From positions 661,681 to 725,680 of the forward strand of contig OY729416.1 in assembly GCA_963422265.1 (NCBI GenBank): a stretch of 64,000 nucleotides of DNA. Reading direction: 5' to 3'. This document shows, piece by piece, positions 19,977 through 29,715 of the stretch (positions are counted from its first letter, which is position 1; each line of letters begins with the position of its first letter). Under the pieces are notes generated by a model that was not told the DNA's origin, searched no databases, and saw only the letters and a list, made by a program, of their open reading frames with translations. Source of the stretch: Thermodesulfobacteriota bacterium. GTDB lineage: Bacteria > Desulfobacterota_D > UBA1144 > Nemesobacterales > UBA2774. The position numbers and the translations under genes are program-made.

Positions 19977-21415
19977 TTATCTACCAGTTTAACGCCGTCT
20001 ATCCCTTCTGGCACAGGATAACCGAGTAGGTTTACTAAAGTAGGATAGACATCAACCGTTCTTACAAGTCCCTCACTAATTTTTGTATTTATTAGTATCG
20101 GGACAATCATATGATCCCTAAAAAGCGCCCCGTGAGATGAATGATGTTCTGGGTTCTCGTGTCTCGCCCTCAGGTCGTATCCCTTAGAAGCGCTTAGTAC
20201 CAAATCCCCACTTCTTGGCGCTTCCATGAGTTGCACAATTTGAAGTGGCGCGTCCGGATATTCCGTGTTATAAGTATGCAAAAGCCCCTCATTCATATCC
20301 ATACTCTCGGGAATACCCTCGTAACCAAATGGGTCACCGCTAATCTCCTCGTATCGCAGCTTCCCATAGGCGTCAAGCCACGCAGAAGCCTCACCTCTCA
20401 CGCTTTTAACCCTTGCCCTACCACTGTCGTCAATTCCAGCCACTATATCAACCTCAGGTCTCTCAAGCAAATTATCTACCAAACCCGAAAGCTCATCAAA
20501 AGTGGACTTCCTTTGCCAACCGTCTTGACTCTTTACGTAAATATTCGCCATAGCATTTCCTGAAACCATCGTAGCAGCGTTGGCATTAGTGAAATGTTTG
20601 AAAACATTCGGGTAGGAGAATGTCTTATAACCTTGAGCATTCATAAACTTAAGGGAATCAAAATGAGAGTGGCTCTGGGTAAGACCATGATCACTCGCAA
20701 CTACAATTAGCGTTTCCTCAAGGCGTCCCTCACCTTCTAAATACCTTGATAGAACCCCAACGGCATCGTCTATCTTAATATAGGATTGAATTACCTTACG
20801 GTGAAACGGGTGGTTAAAATGAGAATAAGTGTCTATTCCTAAGAAAACTACGTACACAAATTCAGACCGATCTTTCAGACATTTAAGTAACAACCTCTGC
20901 GCCACGGTGTCAACTTCATCGCTTTTGTCCGTAAAATGGCCTTTGACCTTATAGTATAACTTAGAGAAAAAAGTTTTATCCTTTCCAAAACTCACTCCCC
21001 GAGAGAGCTCGTTGAATATACTGAAACTACTAGAAAATATCTCAAACAGACTTTTGTTATCGGTAGTTACGTCACTATTCATAAGATATGACTCTGGACT
21101 TATATAACTTCTAAAACGGTTGATAGAAAAGAGTCGAGGGTACTGCTTACGGTCAAACCATCTTATGCCTGGCAAGTTGCATCGTCCTGGAAACTTGCCT
21201 AACAGATAAGGGGCATAAGCCGGTCCTGTAGTAGAAGGGAAAGTAGAAACCCCTTTCCTATAGTCACCTTTCTCAACGACGTATTTTGAAATATTCGGAA
21301 GGTCTCCCCGTTTCAGAAGTTCTGAGAAGATGTCATCCCTCGCGCCATCAGCCATTATGAATATACAACTCCTAAACCCCGCTTTCACGCCATCCTTCTT
21401 TAACCAAGTTACCAT
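19973..21415 (-). CDS. Alkaline-phosphatase-superfamily enzyme (type I phosphodiesterase / nucleotide pyrophosphatase-like)
   Basis: 480 aa with metal-ligand motifs typical of the AlkP/ENPP core (D...T at N-terminus, VVASDHGLT, HS..G). Confidence 0.7.
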   Translation of the reverse strand: MVTWLKKDGVKAGFRSCIFIMADGARDDIFSELLKRGDLPNISKYVVEKGDYRKGVSTFPSTTGPAYAPYLLGKFPGRCNLPGIRWFDRKQYPRLFSINRFRSYISPESYLMNSDVTTDNKSLFEIFSSSFSIFNELSRGVSFGKDKTFFSKLYYKVKGHFTDKSDEVDTVAQRLLLKCLKDRSEFVYVVFLGIDTYSHFNHPFHRKVIQSYIKIDDAVGVLSRYLEGEGRLEETLIVVASDHGLTQSHSHFDSLKFMNAQGYKTFSYPNVFKHFTNANAATMVSGNAMANIYVKSQDGWQRKSTFDELSGLVDNLLERPEVDIVAGIDDSGRARVKSVRGEASAWLDAYGKLRYEEISGDPFGYEGIPESMDMNEGLLHTYNTEYPDAPLQIVQLMEAPRSGDLVLSASKGYDLRARHENPEHHSSHGALFRDHMIVPILINTKISEGLVRTVDVYPTLVNLLGYPVPEGIDGVKLVDN

Positions 21416-21467
21416 TAATACTCCTTCGTCAATGAAAACGCTTGCTGCGGGCCGCTCCTCTTAATCT

Positions 21468-24287
21468 CTATCGCTTCAGAAAAGCACCATCGCCTGGAGG
21501 TGAGAAAAATATACGGTCGTATATGTCTCTCACCTCCGCTGTCTTAGAGAGATATTTTTGCTTTAATTTTGCCCCGTCGTAATCCATACCGAGCACGGGG
21601 GCGAGTCTTTCAAAATCTCGTCCGTAGAGATCGTTAATAGACAGGTTATGCAGAAGTCTAAGTTGATTCTCCATCTTCTTAAAAAAATAGAGCCCGTCTT
21701 TTAGAGACTTATATTCATTTTCCAAAATTAGCCCGGCGCCCTTGAGTGCTGCAAGTGCACCCGCTGTATTTTGAACCCTAATCTCCTTATGTTTTTTCCC
21801 ATACCTGAGTTGGAGCATCTGGACAATGAACTCAATGTCAACCAACCCCCCCTTTCCCGTTTTAATGTTGAGCTTTTTAGGGGTCTCCTGGGCAATCTCT
21901 TTCTCCATACGCTCGCGCATATGCTTAATCTCTTCATGGAAATTTACGGATATGGGATATTCGTAAACAATGCGTTTTATAAGTCTCTTAAGCTTAGCCC
22001 CTAGTCTCATGTCACCTGCGGCTGGAACAGCTCGAATTAGTGATTGTCTCTCCCAAATTTGAGCGCTCTCCTCATGGTATCTCTTAAAGGAATCGTATGA
22101 AGTAACAAGCGCACCTGAACGCCCAGATGGCCTGAGCCCTAAGTCTATCTTATATGCGAATCCCTCTCCTGTAGAAATTGAAAGAACGGAAATCAACCTC
22201 TGTCCAACCCTTGAAAAAAACTCGTGATCCTCTCCCTCATAGATGAACATAACGTCAAGATCAGAGCTATAACTCATCTCTCTCCCACCCATTTTACCCA
22301 TAGCTAGAACAACCATATTAAGACTTCTTTTCCGTCCATTAGTAGCCTTAGAAACGTGCTTGAACGCTATATCAAGACCTACCTCTAGGACGGCTTCTGC
22401 AACCATAGTCAGATACTTGCATACGTATAGGGAATCAACTTCATTGTTCAAATCCCTGAGACAGATTCTAAGCGTCTCCATGTGCTTAAACTTTCTTATG
22501 GTATCTAGTTGAGCTTCATAATCCTTATCCTTGCTAATTGTATTCCTTAAGCCATTTAACATCTCCTCCTTACTGCCATACCCAGTTCTTACATCCTTTA
22601 GAATGATTATGTTTAAGTCTTCGGGATGACTTATAAGGAAATTGGTCAGGTAGCCAGTAGTTGAAAAGAGCTTAGACAATAGCTCAACAATCTCGGGATT
22701 CTCTAAAAGTACGGAGTAAATGGAGGTCCGCCAGCCTATACCCGCAACAAAACGCTCTAGGTTAAGGAGGGCCGCATCGGGATCCGCACATTTCAGGATA
22801 CTACTGAGGAAGGCTGGTATCACCCTCCTGTTAGTTAACCTTTCGCTTTGCGTAAGTCCAGCCTTTTTCGGATCGAGAAGCTTAGAGAAAATAGTAATAG
22901 CATCTTCAGGATACTTAAACCCGAGCTTCCTTAAATTTTCAATCTCTTCCTCCTCACTTACGTTCCCTTCGGTCAGGAAGTCCGCAAGCTGCCAGAACTC
23001 CTCTCCAATTTCCTCAGTTTTTTGAGAAGGTTCATAAAAGAGGCTCCTATAAATTTTTGAAACCTCAGACGTCGTCTTCTCAAAAGCTTCCTCAAATCGA
23101 GATTGGCTCTCTAACCCAACCCTCTTTGCAAGCTTGTCTATATCGTCAGGAGAATCGGGAACTTTATGCGTTTGCCTCTCATCAACGAGTTGTATAGAAT
23201 GCTCAACCTTTCTAAGAAAAAGATAAGAAGAGGTGAGTGATTGAAAGATGTCTTCCTCAATAATTTTATAGTCCCTCAATTTTTCAAGCGTTTCAAGGGT
23301 ATTCCAACCCCTTATCTCCTCTATCTCCCCTGCGTTCACAAGCTGAAGAGCCTGCACGAAAAACTCAATCTCCCTTATGCCACCCCTACCCAATTTGACG
23401 TCTCGCTTCTTGTAGAGTTTATCGAGCTTTGTTTTCATATCCTTCAGGTCTTCTATCAGAGTGAAATCAAGGAACTTTTTATATACAAAGGACTCAACGT
23501 CATCTATAAACTCTCTACCCAACTCCATATCCCCAGCCACTGGCCTTGCTTTGATTAGCGCTGCACGCTCCCAAGTATCACCCCAATAATAGTAGTGATC
23601 TACAGCGCCTTTTTTAGGAACCGCTATTGTGCTTTTGCCCCCGCCCGGCCTCAGAGCCAAATCCACCCTGTATAAAAAACCATCCTCTGAAACGGCGCTC
23701 AGAGTTCTTGTTAGCTTCTCCGAAAGCTTGAAAAACGGATTAGGGTCAGGGGCACTGCTATCATCATAAATATATATAAGGTCAATATCAGAGCTTAAGT
23801 TAAGTTCTCTCCCTCCGAGCTTGCCCATAGCAAGCACGACAAACCGCGTGTCGCCCTCACAGTTAAGCTCTCGACGATAGTAGCGGAGCGTAGCTTCCAG
23901 AATTGCCCCAGCAAGGTCTGAGAGCTCTTCCATAATTTCAGGAAAAGTCCCCAATTCATCTAAGTCACGATAGATAATCCTTGAAAATTCTCTGTACTTA
24001 TAGTTCCTTAAGTTAGATTCAAGCTCAGATTGAGAGGACGAGGAATTACGTATTTCTTCTGCCTCCGTTATGTATTCTGCACAGGATTTTTTTTCTAAAG
24101 AAGAAGGTTTTGTTAAATAATCAAGAATGTAAGGATACTTCAGTGCCATTCTTCCCAAGAAATTGCTGTGCGAGGCGAGCAGACTGAGAATATCCTTTTT
24201 CCTAGAGGATATACTCTTATTATAATCCGCTTTATAGCGCTCCAAAATTATGCGGGCGTTTTCTGAATCTGGAAAAGTTCTACTCAA
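21468..24287 (-). CDS. glnE: Bifunctional glutamine synthetase adenylyltransferase / adenylyl-removing enzyme
   Basis: 939 aa with two GlnE nucleotidyltransferase domains (each G-x-L/M-GGRE...DLD-like) separated by linker helices. Confidence 0.9.
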   Translation of the reverse strand: MSRTFPDSENARIILERYKADYNKSISSRKKDILSLLASHSNFLGRMALKYPYILDYLTKPSSLEKKSCAEYITEAEEIRNSSSSQSELESNLRNYKYREFSRIIYRDLDELGTFPEIMEELSDLAGAILEATLRYYRRELNCEGDTRFVVLAMGKLGGRELNLSSDIDLIYIYDDSSAPDPNPFFKLSEKLTRTLSAVSEDGFLYRVDLALRPGGGKSTIAVPKKGAVDHYYYWGDTWERAALIKARPVAGDMELGREFIDDVESFVYKKFLDFTLIEDLKDMKTKLDKLYKKRDVKLGRGGIREIEFFVQALQLVNAGEIEEIRGWNTLETLEKLRDYKIIEEDIFQSLTSSYLFLRKVEHSIQLVDERQTHKVPDSPDDIDKLAKRVGLESQSRFEEAFEKTTSEVSKIYRSLFYEPSQKTEEIGEEFWQLADFLTEGNVSEEEEIENLRKLGFKYPEDAITIFSKLLDPKKAGLTQSERLTNRRVIPAFLSSILKCADPDAALLNLERFVAGIGWRTSIYSVLLENPEIVELLSKLFSTTGYLTNFLISHPEDLNIIILKDVRTGYGSKEEMLNGLRNTISKDKDYEAQLDTIRKFKHMETLRICLRDLNNEVDSLYVCKYLTMVAEAVLEVGLDIAFKHVSKATNGRKRSLNMVVLAMGKMGGREMSYSSDLDVMFIYEGEDHEFFSRVGQRLISVLSISTGEGFAYKIDLGLRPSGRSGALVTSYDSFKRYHEESAQIWERQSLIRAVPAAGDMRLGAKLKRLIKRIVYEYPISVNFHEEIKHMRERMEKEIAQETPKKLNIKTGKGGLVDIEFIVQMLQLRYGKKHKEIRVQNTAGALAALKGAGLILENEYKSLKDGLYFFKKMENQLRLLHNLSINDLYGRDFERLAPVLGMDYDGAKLKQKYLSKTAEVRDIYDRIFFSPPGDGAFLKR

Positions 24288-24526
24288 CGTCTATTCCCCT
24301 ATTTCTTTTACTGCCATTATCACTACTCTCTCTTTTATTTCACTCACATTAAGATCAATAAAACCTTACCATAAAGACAATGCTTTATCCGTAAAAGTTC
24401 ATAATCAGGCGCTGGATCCCTATTATGATGAGGATAGGAGAAATGCTTGTTCTAGGGCAACCACTGACGTTATTGTATCTGGTGGCACCGCTGGCCAACC
24501 CAAGCTCATAGTTGGTTATGAAGCTC

Positions 24527-24760
24527 TTCCTTTTTTTTCGTAGGAGTAACCCTTCCCCAATCAAGTTGGGGACATGTCTTAATACATACAGGGATGGATG
24601 GATGGATGGATGGATTCCTACCCCTTCCATCTTTTCGTAGGGGTAACACTTGTGGTTACCCATTGCCTTCACACCTTTGGGCGACTACAAGAGTCGCCCC
24701 TACAGGTAAAGAGGAAATCCACCCTGACCCTCCTTTACGAAAGGAGGGGAATATCTTTTA
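24527..24760. other. GC-rich cluster of stable hairpins and degenerate direct repeat (candidate structured RNA or miniature repeat element)
   Basis: Hairpins: ccccaatcaagttgggg, gggtaacacttgtggttaccc, gggcgactacaagagtcgccc, ccctcctttacgaaaggaggg. Two copies of CTTCC..TTTTCGTAGGrGTAAC flank the GGAT repeat. No ORF support. Confidence 0.5.
24592..24615. repeat. (GGAT)6 microsatellite
   Basis: Six perfect GGAT units in the glnE-priA intergenic region. Confidence 0.9.
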
Positions 24761-24921
24761 CTACTCTCTGAACTCGCCTAATTGCAAAGAGCAACCGAGG
24801 AATCTAGTCTTTTCCCCCTCTCCCTTGGTTGATGAGCCTGTCAAACCAGGTAGAGGGCAGGGGTGAGGTCGTTTTTCCATCATTCCCAACTAGATTGGGA
24901 ATCCAGAAGGGAGACTAGGGA

Positions 24922-27426
24922 TCAATTAAAATTATAGGGATCCATGTCTATTGAGACTCTGACGCGTTCAGACCTCTTTGAGGTTAAAGCGAGTATCTTT
25001 CTTGACAAGACATGAAGAACATCTGAATTATGAGATTTTAGTAGCATTTGAAAACGGTAGCGGTTTCTGATTTTTCTAATCGGACAAGGGGATGGTCCTA
25101 AAACCCGAGCGGTTCCAGATGGGAGTTTTGAGATAAGCTCTCGCACTATTTCACCCGTGCTTACGGCGATTTCTGAAGTTTCACTTTCAAATCTTCCTGA
25201 AAACCTTACGTTCACAAGCCTTGAAAATGGAGGGTAATCAAGCTCTCTTCTGAGTTTTATTTCGTTATCTAAAAAACCGATGCTGTCTTGCCTCAACGCA
25301 TACTTGATACTAGGATGGTCCGGATCATAAGTCTGGACAATAACATATCCAGGTTCTTCTCCTCTACCAGCTCTTCCCGCTACCTGAGTTACAAGCTGGA
25401 AGGTTCTCTCTCCGGAGCGAAAATCGGACATTCCAAGTGACATATCAGCAGATATGACCCCTACAAGCGTTACTCCAGGAAGATCATGACCTTTTGCAAC
25501 CATTTGCGTCCCTATAATAACATCTATCTCTGCCTTCTGAATCTTATCGTAGAGCTTCAGAAACTTTGTCTTGCCCTGAACAGCATCTCTATCCACCCTT
25601 ATTACCGAGGCTTTAGGCACAAGACGCTTGAGTTCTTTCTCAACCTTTTGCGTTCCTACTCCATAAACCCTGACGCTAGCCCCACAATTTGCACAACCTG
25701 CGGTGAGCTTCTCGGAAAGACCGCATAGATGACACATACGCATCCCTGACTCCAATCGGGAAACAGAATTTTTCTTAACGTGATACGTGAGTGAAACCGA
25801 GCAGTTAGGACACTTCTGCACGTCCCCGCAGGCTGGGCAGATAATAAGCGTAGAGAACCCCCTACGATTTAAAAAGAGTATAGTTTGACGTTTATTATTG
25901 TAATTATCTTGAATCGCCCGCTCGAGTTTTGTGGAAAATATATTATCCCTACTCTCCCCCCGCTTAACGTCCACGGGGACGTGCTTCATATCTATGACGC
26001 TCACTTGAGGTAAAGACCTGTTTTCAACCCTCAGAGGAAGCTTGAGATAATGAAACTTGTGCTTGACGGCGTTACAATACGACTCAAGGGAAGGAGTGGC
26101 GGAACCGAGAACTACGACGGATGAAGTTATTTTCCCTAAAACGAGCGCGAGGTCCCTAGCGTTATAAGCGGGGGATTCATCTTGTTTATAGCTACTATCA
26201 TGCTCTTCATCCACTACGATCATGCCCAGATTCTTAAAGGGGGCGAATATTGCCGATCTTGCACCTATTAATACCTTAACTTCTCCCGTGCTAGCCATTC
26301 GCCAAGCGTCAAACCTCTCGCCGTCTGAAAGGGCACTATGAATTACCGCAACTTGGTTTCCTAATCTACCCTTGGCTCTTCTTACAAGCTGAGGGGTAAG
26401 GGAGATTTCAGGAACTAACATCACAACCTCTTTACCTTGCTTAATAACCTCTTCCGTTGTGCGGAGATAAACCTCCGTCTTACCGCTACCGGTCACTCCA
26501 TGAAGGAGAAACGGGGAGTACTTACCCGCTTGAACGAACTCTCTTAGCCTACTACAAGCGATTTCTTGATCTACAGTGAGTTCAGGAGGGAAGTCCTTAG
26601 GAATCTTCATCTCGGAGAATGGATCCCTTGATACTTTCTCAAGTCTGATCTTTATGAGACCCCTTTCCTCAAGCCAGTTGAGATGAATGCCCAAGTTCCC
26701 GAATATCTCCTTTAAATCAGAAAGCGGCATACTTCCATGCGTAAGCACGTATTCCAAAATCTGAGCCTTAGCGGGTTTCCTCTCTAAAAAGCGGCTCTTC
26801 AGATTAGCACCATCCCCCGCAACTATTATCTTTTCCATCTTTACCTTAGGATTGGATTTAAGCTCATAGTTAAACTCAATCAGACTTCTTCGTCTAAGCG
26901 AATTAAGTAACTCATTTCCCTGATGGGACTCAGAGACACGGGTGGCACTTTCAATCAGGGCAAGTAACTTCTTGGAGGTAATGCCTTTCGCGTTATAGAC
27001 CGTGCGAAGAACCAAAAGCTCTCGTGCAGATAGCTCCCCATCATCTAACGCCTTGATTCCGTTATCCGTAATCCCGATTAGCCTACGTAGGCGGACGCCA
27101 AGCCCCCCTGGGTGCGCCACCTTAAGCACTATTCCAAGAGACGACACATAGTAGTTAGCTACCCATTTTAAGAATTCAAGCCTCTTTTGGTCAAACAGAG
27201 GCTTCTCGTCAATAACGTCTAGGATGGAGCGGGGCTTTATATTGGGAGGTGGCTTTTCAAACCCAACGATAAATCCAACGTGCCTACTATTTCTAAAAGG
27301 AATAAGGACACGCTTTCCAAGTTGCACCCCATCCTTTAGATTATCAGGGACTTTGTAAGAATAAAATTCACCCCCATCCCCGACTTTAAGTGGTACAGGA
27401 ACTGCAACCTGAACAGTTTTACACAT
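24922..27426 (-). CDS. priA: Primosomal protein N' (replication restart helicase)
   Basis: 834 aa. Walker A GVTGSGKTEVY, DEEH box, Cys-rich zinc-binding insertion (CPACG...CPNC...CHLCG...CANCG). Confidence 0.95.
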   Translation of the reverse strand: MCKTVQVAVPVPLKVGDGGEFYSYKVPDNLKDGVQLGKRVLIPFRNSRHVGFIVGFEKPPPNIKPRSILDVIDEKPLFDQKRLEFLKWVANYYVSSLGIVLKVAHPGGLGVRLRRLIGITDNGIKALDDGELSARELLVLRTVYNAKGITSKKLLALIESATRVSESHQGNELLNSLRRRSLIEFNYELKSNPKVKMEKIIVAGDGANLKSRFLERKPAKAQILEYVLTHGSMPLSDLKEIFGNLGIHLNWLEERGLIKIRLEKVSRDPFSEMKIPKDFPPELTVDQEIACSRLREFVQAGKYSPFLLHGVTGSGKTEVYLRTTEEVIKQGKEVVMLVPEISLTPQLVRRAKGRLGNQVAVIHSALSDGERFDAWRMASTGEVKVLIGARSAIFAPFKNLGMIVVDEEHDSSYKQDESPAYNARDLALVLGKITSSVVVLGSATPSLESYCNAVKHKFHYLKLPLRVENRSLPQVSVIDMKHVPVDVKRGESRDNIFSTKLERAIQDNYNNKRQTILFLNRRGFSTLIICPACGDVQKCPNCSVSLTYHVKKNSVSRLESGMRMCHLCGLSEKLTAGCANCGASVRVYGVGTQKVEKELKRLVPKASVIRVDRDAVQGKTKFLKLYDKIQKAEIDVIIGTQMVAKGHDLPGVTLVGVISADMSLGMSDFRSGERTFQLVTQVAGRAGRGEEPGYVIVQTYDPDHPSIKYALRQDSIGFLDNEIKLRRELDYPPFSRLVNVRFSGRFESETSEIAVSTGEIVRELISKLPSGTARVLGPSPCPIRKIRNRYRFQMLLKSHNSDVLHVLSRKILALTSKRSERVRVSIDMDPYNFN

Positions 27427-27683
27427 ATTTAGTTGGAGATTCTAATCATTTTAGAAATATGGCGCAATAGACCGCTTCATAGGAACTGAATTTTATTATA
27501 GGAGCTGCAAAAATAGATGAGGTTCGTAGCACTTAGGCAAGTATTTCACAAATACCCCTTCTGCTAGTGTGGAAGAACGACTGCAAAGGGTCGCCCCTTA
27601 CCTATTCGTAAAACTGGAGACCAACCACGTGGATAATTTTATCTCGTCTCAAAGTTGACAACCACCTAATAGGCACATATTAT

Positions 27684-28586
27684 TTGTTGAATTCAGACCA
27701 TACGCCTGAATGGCGCAAAAACTATATGGGCAGACTCGACAGACTCCTAAATAAAGCGGATGACTTCAAAGAAGCGGGACGTTTTGAAGAGGCGATAAAA
27801 GAACTCAGCCAGGCAATAGAGATAGCGCCTGATGATCCAGATGTTTATTTATCGTTTGCTCTGACCTATGACGCCATGGAAAATTTTCAAACGTCGGTTT
27901 ATTACTTCAAAAAAGCAGTTGACTTAAACCCGGAGGATCCATATACATGGAGCCAGCTTGGCATTACCCTTTCAAGAATGGGAAGGCACTCAGAATCCAT
28001 ACAGGCTTTCGATGAGGCTTTGACCATAGACCCCGAATGTATAACCGCTAAATGGCACACAGCTCTTATCCTCAGATCTCTCGGACTTTACGAAGACGCC
28101 CTCAGGAACTTCAAAGAATGTACTGAACTCAGTTCAGATTTTGACTACGTAAAGGACGAAATATATTATCAGATCGGATTGTGCTACTTTGACATGGGAT
28201 GGACTAGAGAAGCGCTTAGGGAATTCAGGAAACACATAACGTTATATCCTAAAGACGCTTGGGCGCTCCTATCAATAGGCAATTGCTACTTTGATCTTGG
28301 CTGGATAGATGAATCAGCAGCACAGTTCAAAGAAGTAATAAGAAACGATCCCGAATTTATACCCGCTTATAATGCTTTAGCCATATCGCTAGCGGAAAAA
28401 GGATGGTACGACGAAGCGCTTGACGTATTAAGAACGGCGCTTCTAATCTCTCCCGAAGATGAATCTATAAAGGGTAGCATCGATTATGTCGAGTCCCTAA
28501 AAGATGACGACGGAGCTAAAGGAATAATACTAAGCCTAATACTAAAACTAATTAAGCATAGAAAAGATTCTTGCGGGTCTTCTTAA
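27684..28586 (+). CDS. Tetratricopeptide-repeat protein
   Basis: 300 aa with at least six TPR units (W-LG-Y-A-F-P pattern). TTG start from the track; ATG at 27726 is an alternative. Confidence 0.75.
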   Translation: MLNSDHTPEWRKNYMGRLDRLLNKADDFKEAGRFEEAIKELSQAIEIAPDDPDVYLSFALTYDAMENFQTSVYYFKKAVDLNPEDPYTWSQLGITLSRMGRHSESIQAFDEALTIDPECITAKWHTALILRSLGLYEDALRNFKECTELSSDFDYVKDEIYYQIGLCYFDMGWTREALREFRKHITLYPKDAWALLSIGNCYFDLGWIDESAAQFKEVIRNDPEFIPAYNALAISLAEKGWYDEALDVLRTALLISPEDESIKGSIDYVESLKDDDGAKGIILSLILKLIKHRKDSCGSS

Positions 28587-28593
28587 CTAATAT

Positions 28594-29715
28594 CTAAGCC
28601 GTTCCGTTGTCAATTACTGACTTCTTAGCATACTCCCGTCCCTGATCAGTCAGTTTTAATCTTCCGCGTCTTAAGAGAAGGAGTCCCCTAGCCGACGCAC
28701 GTTTTACCGCTTCGTTGGCAAACTTGTCTTTCCATCTTAGGTTCTTCTCCAAGTGTCTTAGTCGGGATTCTTCCTCTTCTTCAGGGCTTCCTTCATGATT
28801 TAATAGATGTATTGCAAGCACCTTCCCCGCAAATTCCCATCTCTGCCGTGAACGCCTTCTGGCAATAGAGATCAAACCTCTCTCAGGCGCTAATAGGAAA
28901 ACAACAAAAAACACAAGACCCGACATAGTTGCCATTGAGCCGGCGATATTGGAGTCAAGTAAAATAGCTATCCAGAAACCCCCTAGGGAGCTGAGTACCC
29001 CGATAAAAGAACTTATAACTAACATATGCGAGAGCTTATCCGTAAGTAGGTAAGCCGCTGCTGGAGGAGCTATCATTAAAGCTACTACCAATATTGAACC
29101 AACTGCGTCGAACGCACCCACCGCCGTAACTGATACTAATCCCATAAGCCCATAATGGATAAGACCTGGGGAAAATCCTAACACCGCGGCAAGTCCGGCG
29201 TCAAAGGTTGCTATTTTGAGTTCTTTATAGAGAGACAATATGAAAATAAGGTTAAGGATTAATATAGCAACTATTACGTATAGCGATTTAGGACCTATAT
29301 CTACCCCTCTAAAAACTAGCCTATCAAAAGGAGCGAAGGCAATCTCTCCCAATAATACGGCGTGCACGTCTAGATGTATATTCCACGCGTAACGCGCTAT
29401 TAGTATTACGCCTATACTGAATAGAACGGGAAAAACTAACCCTATTGCCGCGTCTTCCCTCAAAAGCTTGGTTTTGTAAAGAACCTCTACCAGACTCACC
29501 ACCAGAACGCCGCTTAGGGAAGCCCCAATAATAAGAAAAGGCGACGTAACGTCTTTAACTACAAAAAAAGCCAAGACTATGCCAAGCAATATAGCATGAC
29601 TTATAGCGTCGCTCATCATAGCCATCCTGCGCAATACTAGGAATACACCAGGTATAGCACAGGCTACAGCAACCAACGATGCTATTAGCTGAATCTCTAT
29701 ATATTCTATGCTCAC
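28594..29715 (-). CDS. Metal (Mn/Zn/Fe) ABC transporter permease with C-terminal winged-helix-like extension
   Basis: ABC-3 permease core of about 280 aa plus a cytoplasmic tail of about 90 aa (…RRRSRQRWEFAGKVLAIHLL…LKLTDQGREYAK). Overlaps the upstream permease by 4 nt. Confidence 0.85.
   Translation of the reverse strand: MSIEYIEIQLIASLVAVACAIPGVFLVLRRMAMMSDAISHAILLGIVLAFFVVKDVTSPFLIIGASLSGVLVVSLVEVLYKTKLLREDAAIGLVFPVLFSIGVILIARYAWNIHLDVHAVLLGEIAFAPFDRLVFRGVDIGPKSLYVIVAILILNLIFILSLYKELKIATFDAGLAAVLGFSPGLIHYGLMGLVSVTAVGAFDAVGSILVVALMIAPPAAAYLLTDKLSHMLVISSFIGVLSSLGGFWIAILLDSNIAGSMATMSGLVFFVVFLLAPERGLISIARRRSRQRWEFAGKVLAIHLLNHEGSPEEEEESRLRHLEKNLRWKDKFANEAVKRASARGLLLLRRGRLKLTDQGREYAKKSVIDNGTA

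Noticed and set aside
24250-24543. 97-aa + strand ORF overlapping the glnE start
   Set aside because: Antisense overlap with a well-supported gene and no domain signal. Spurious ORF.
24594-24866. 90-aa ORF (MDGWMDGFLP…) spanning the GGAT microsatellite
   Set aside because: The translation is driven by the GGAT repeat and hairpin sequences. It is low complexity with no RBS, so most likely non-coding.
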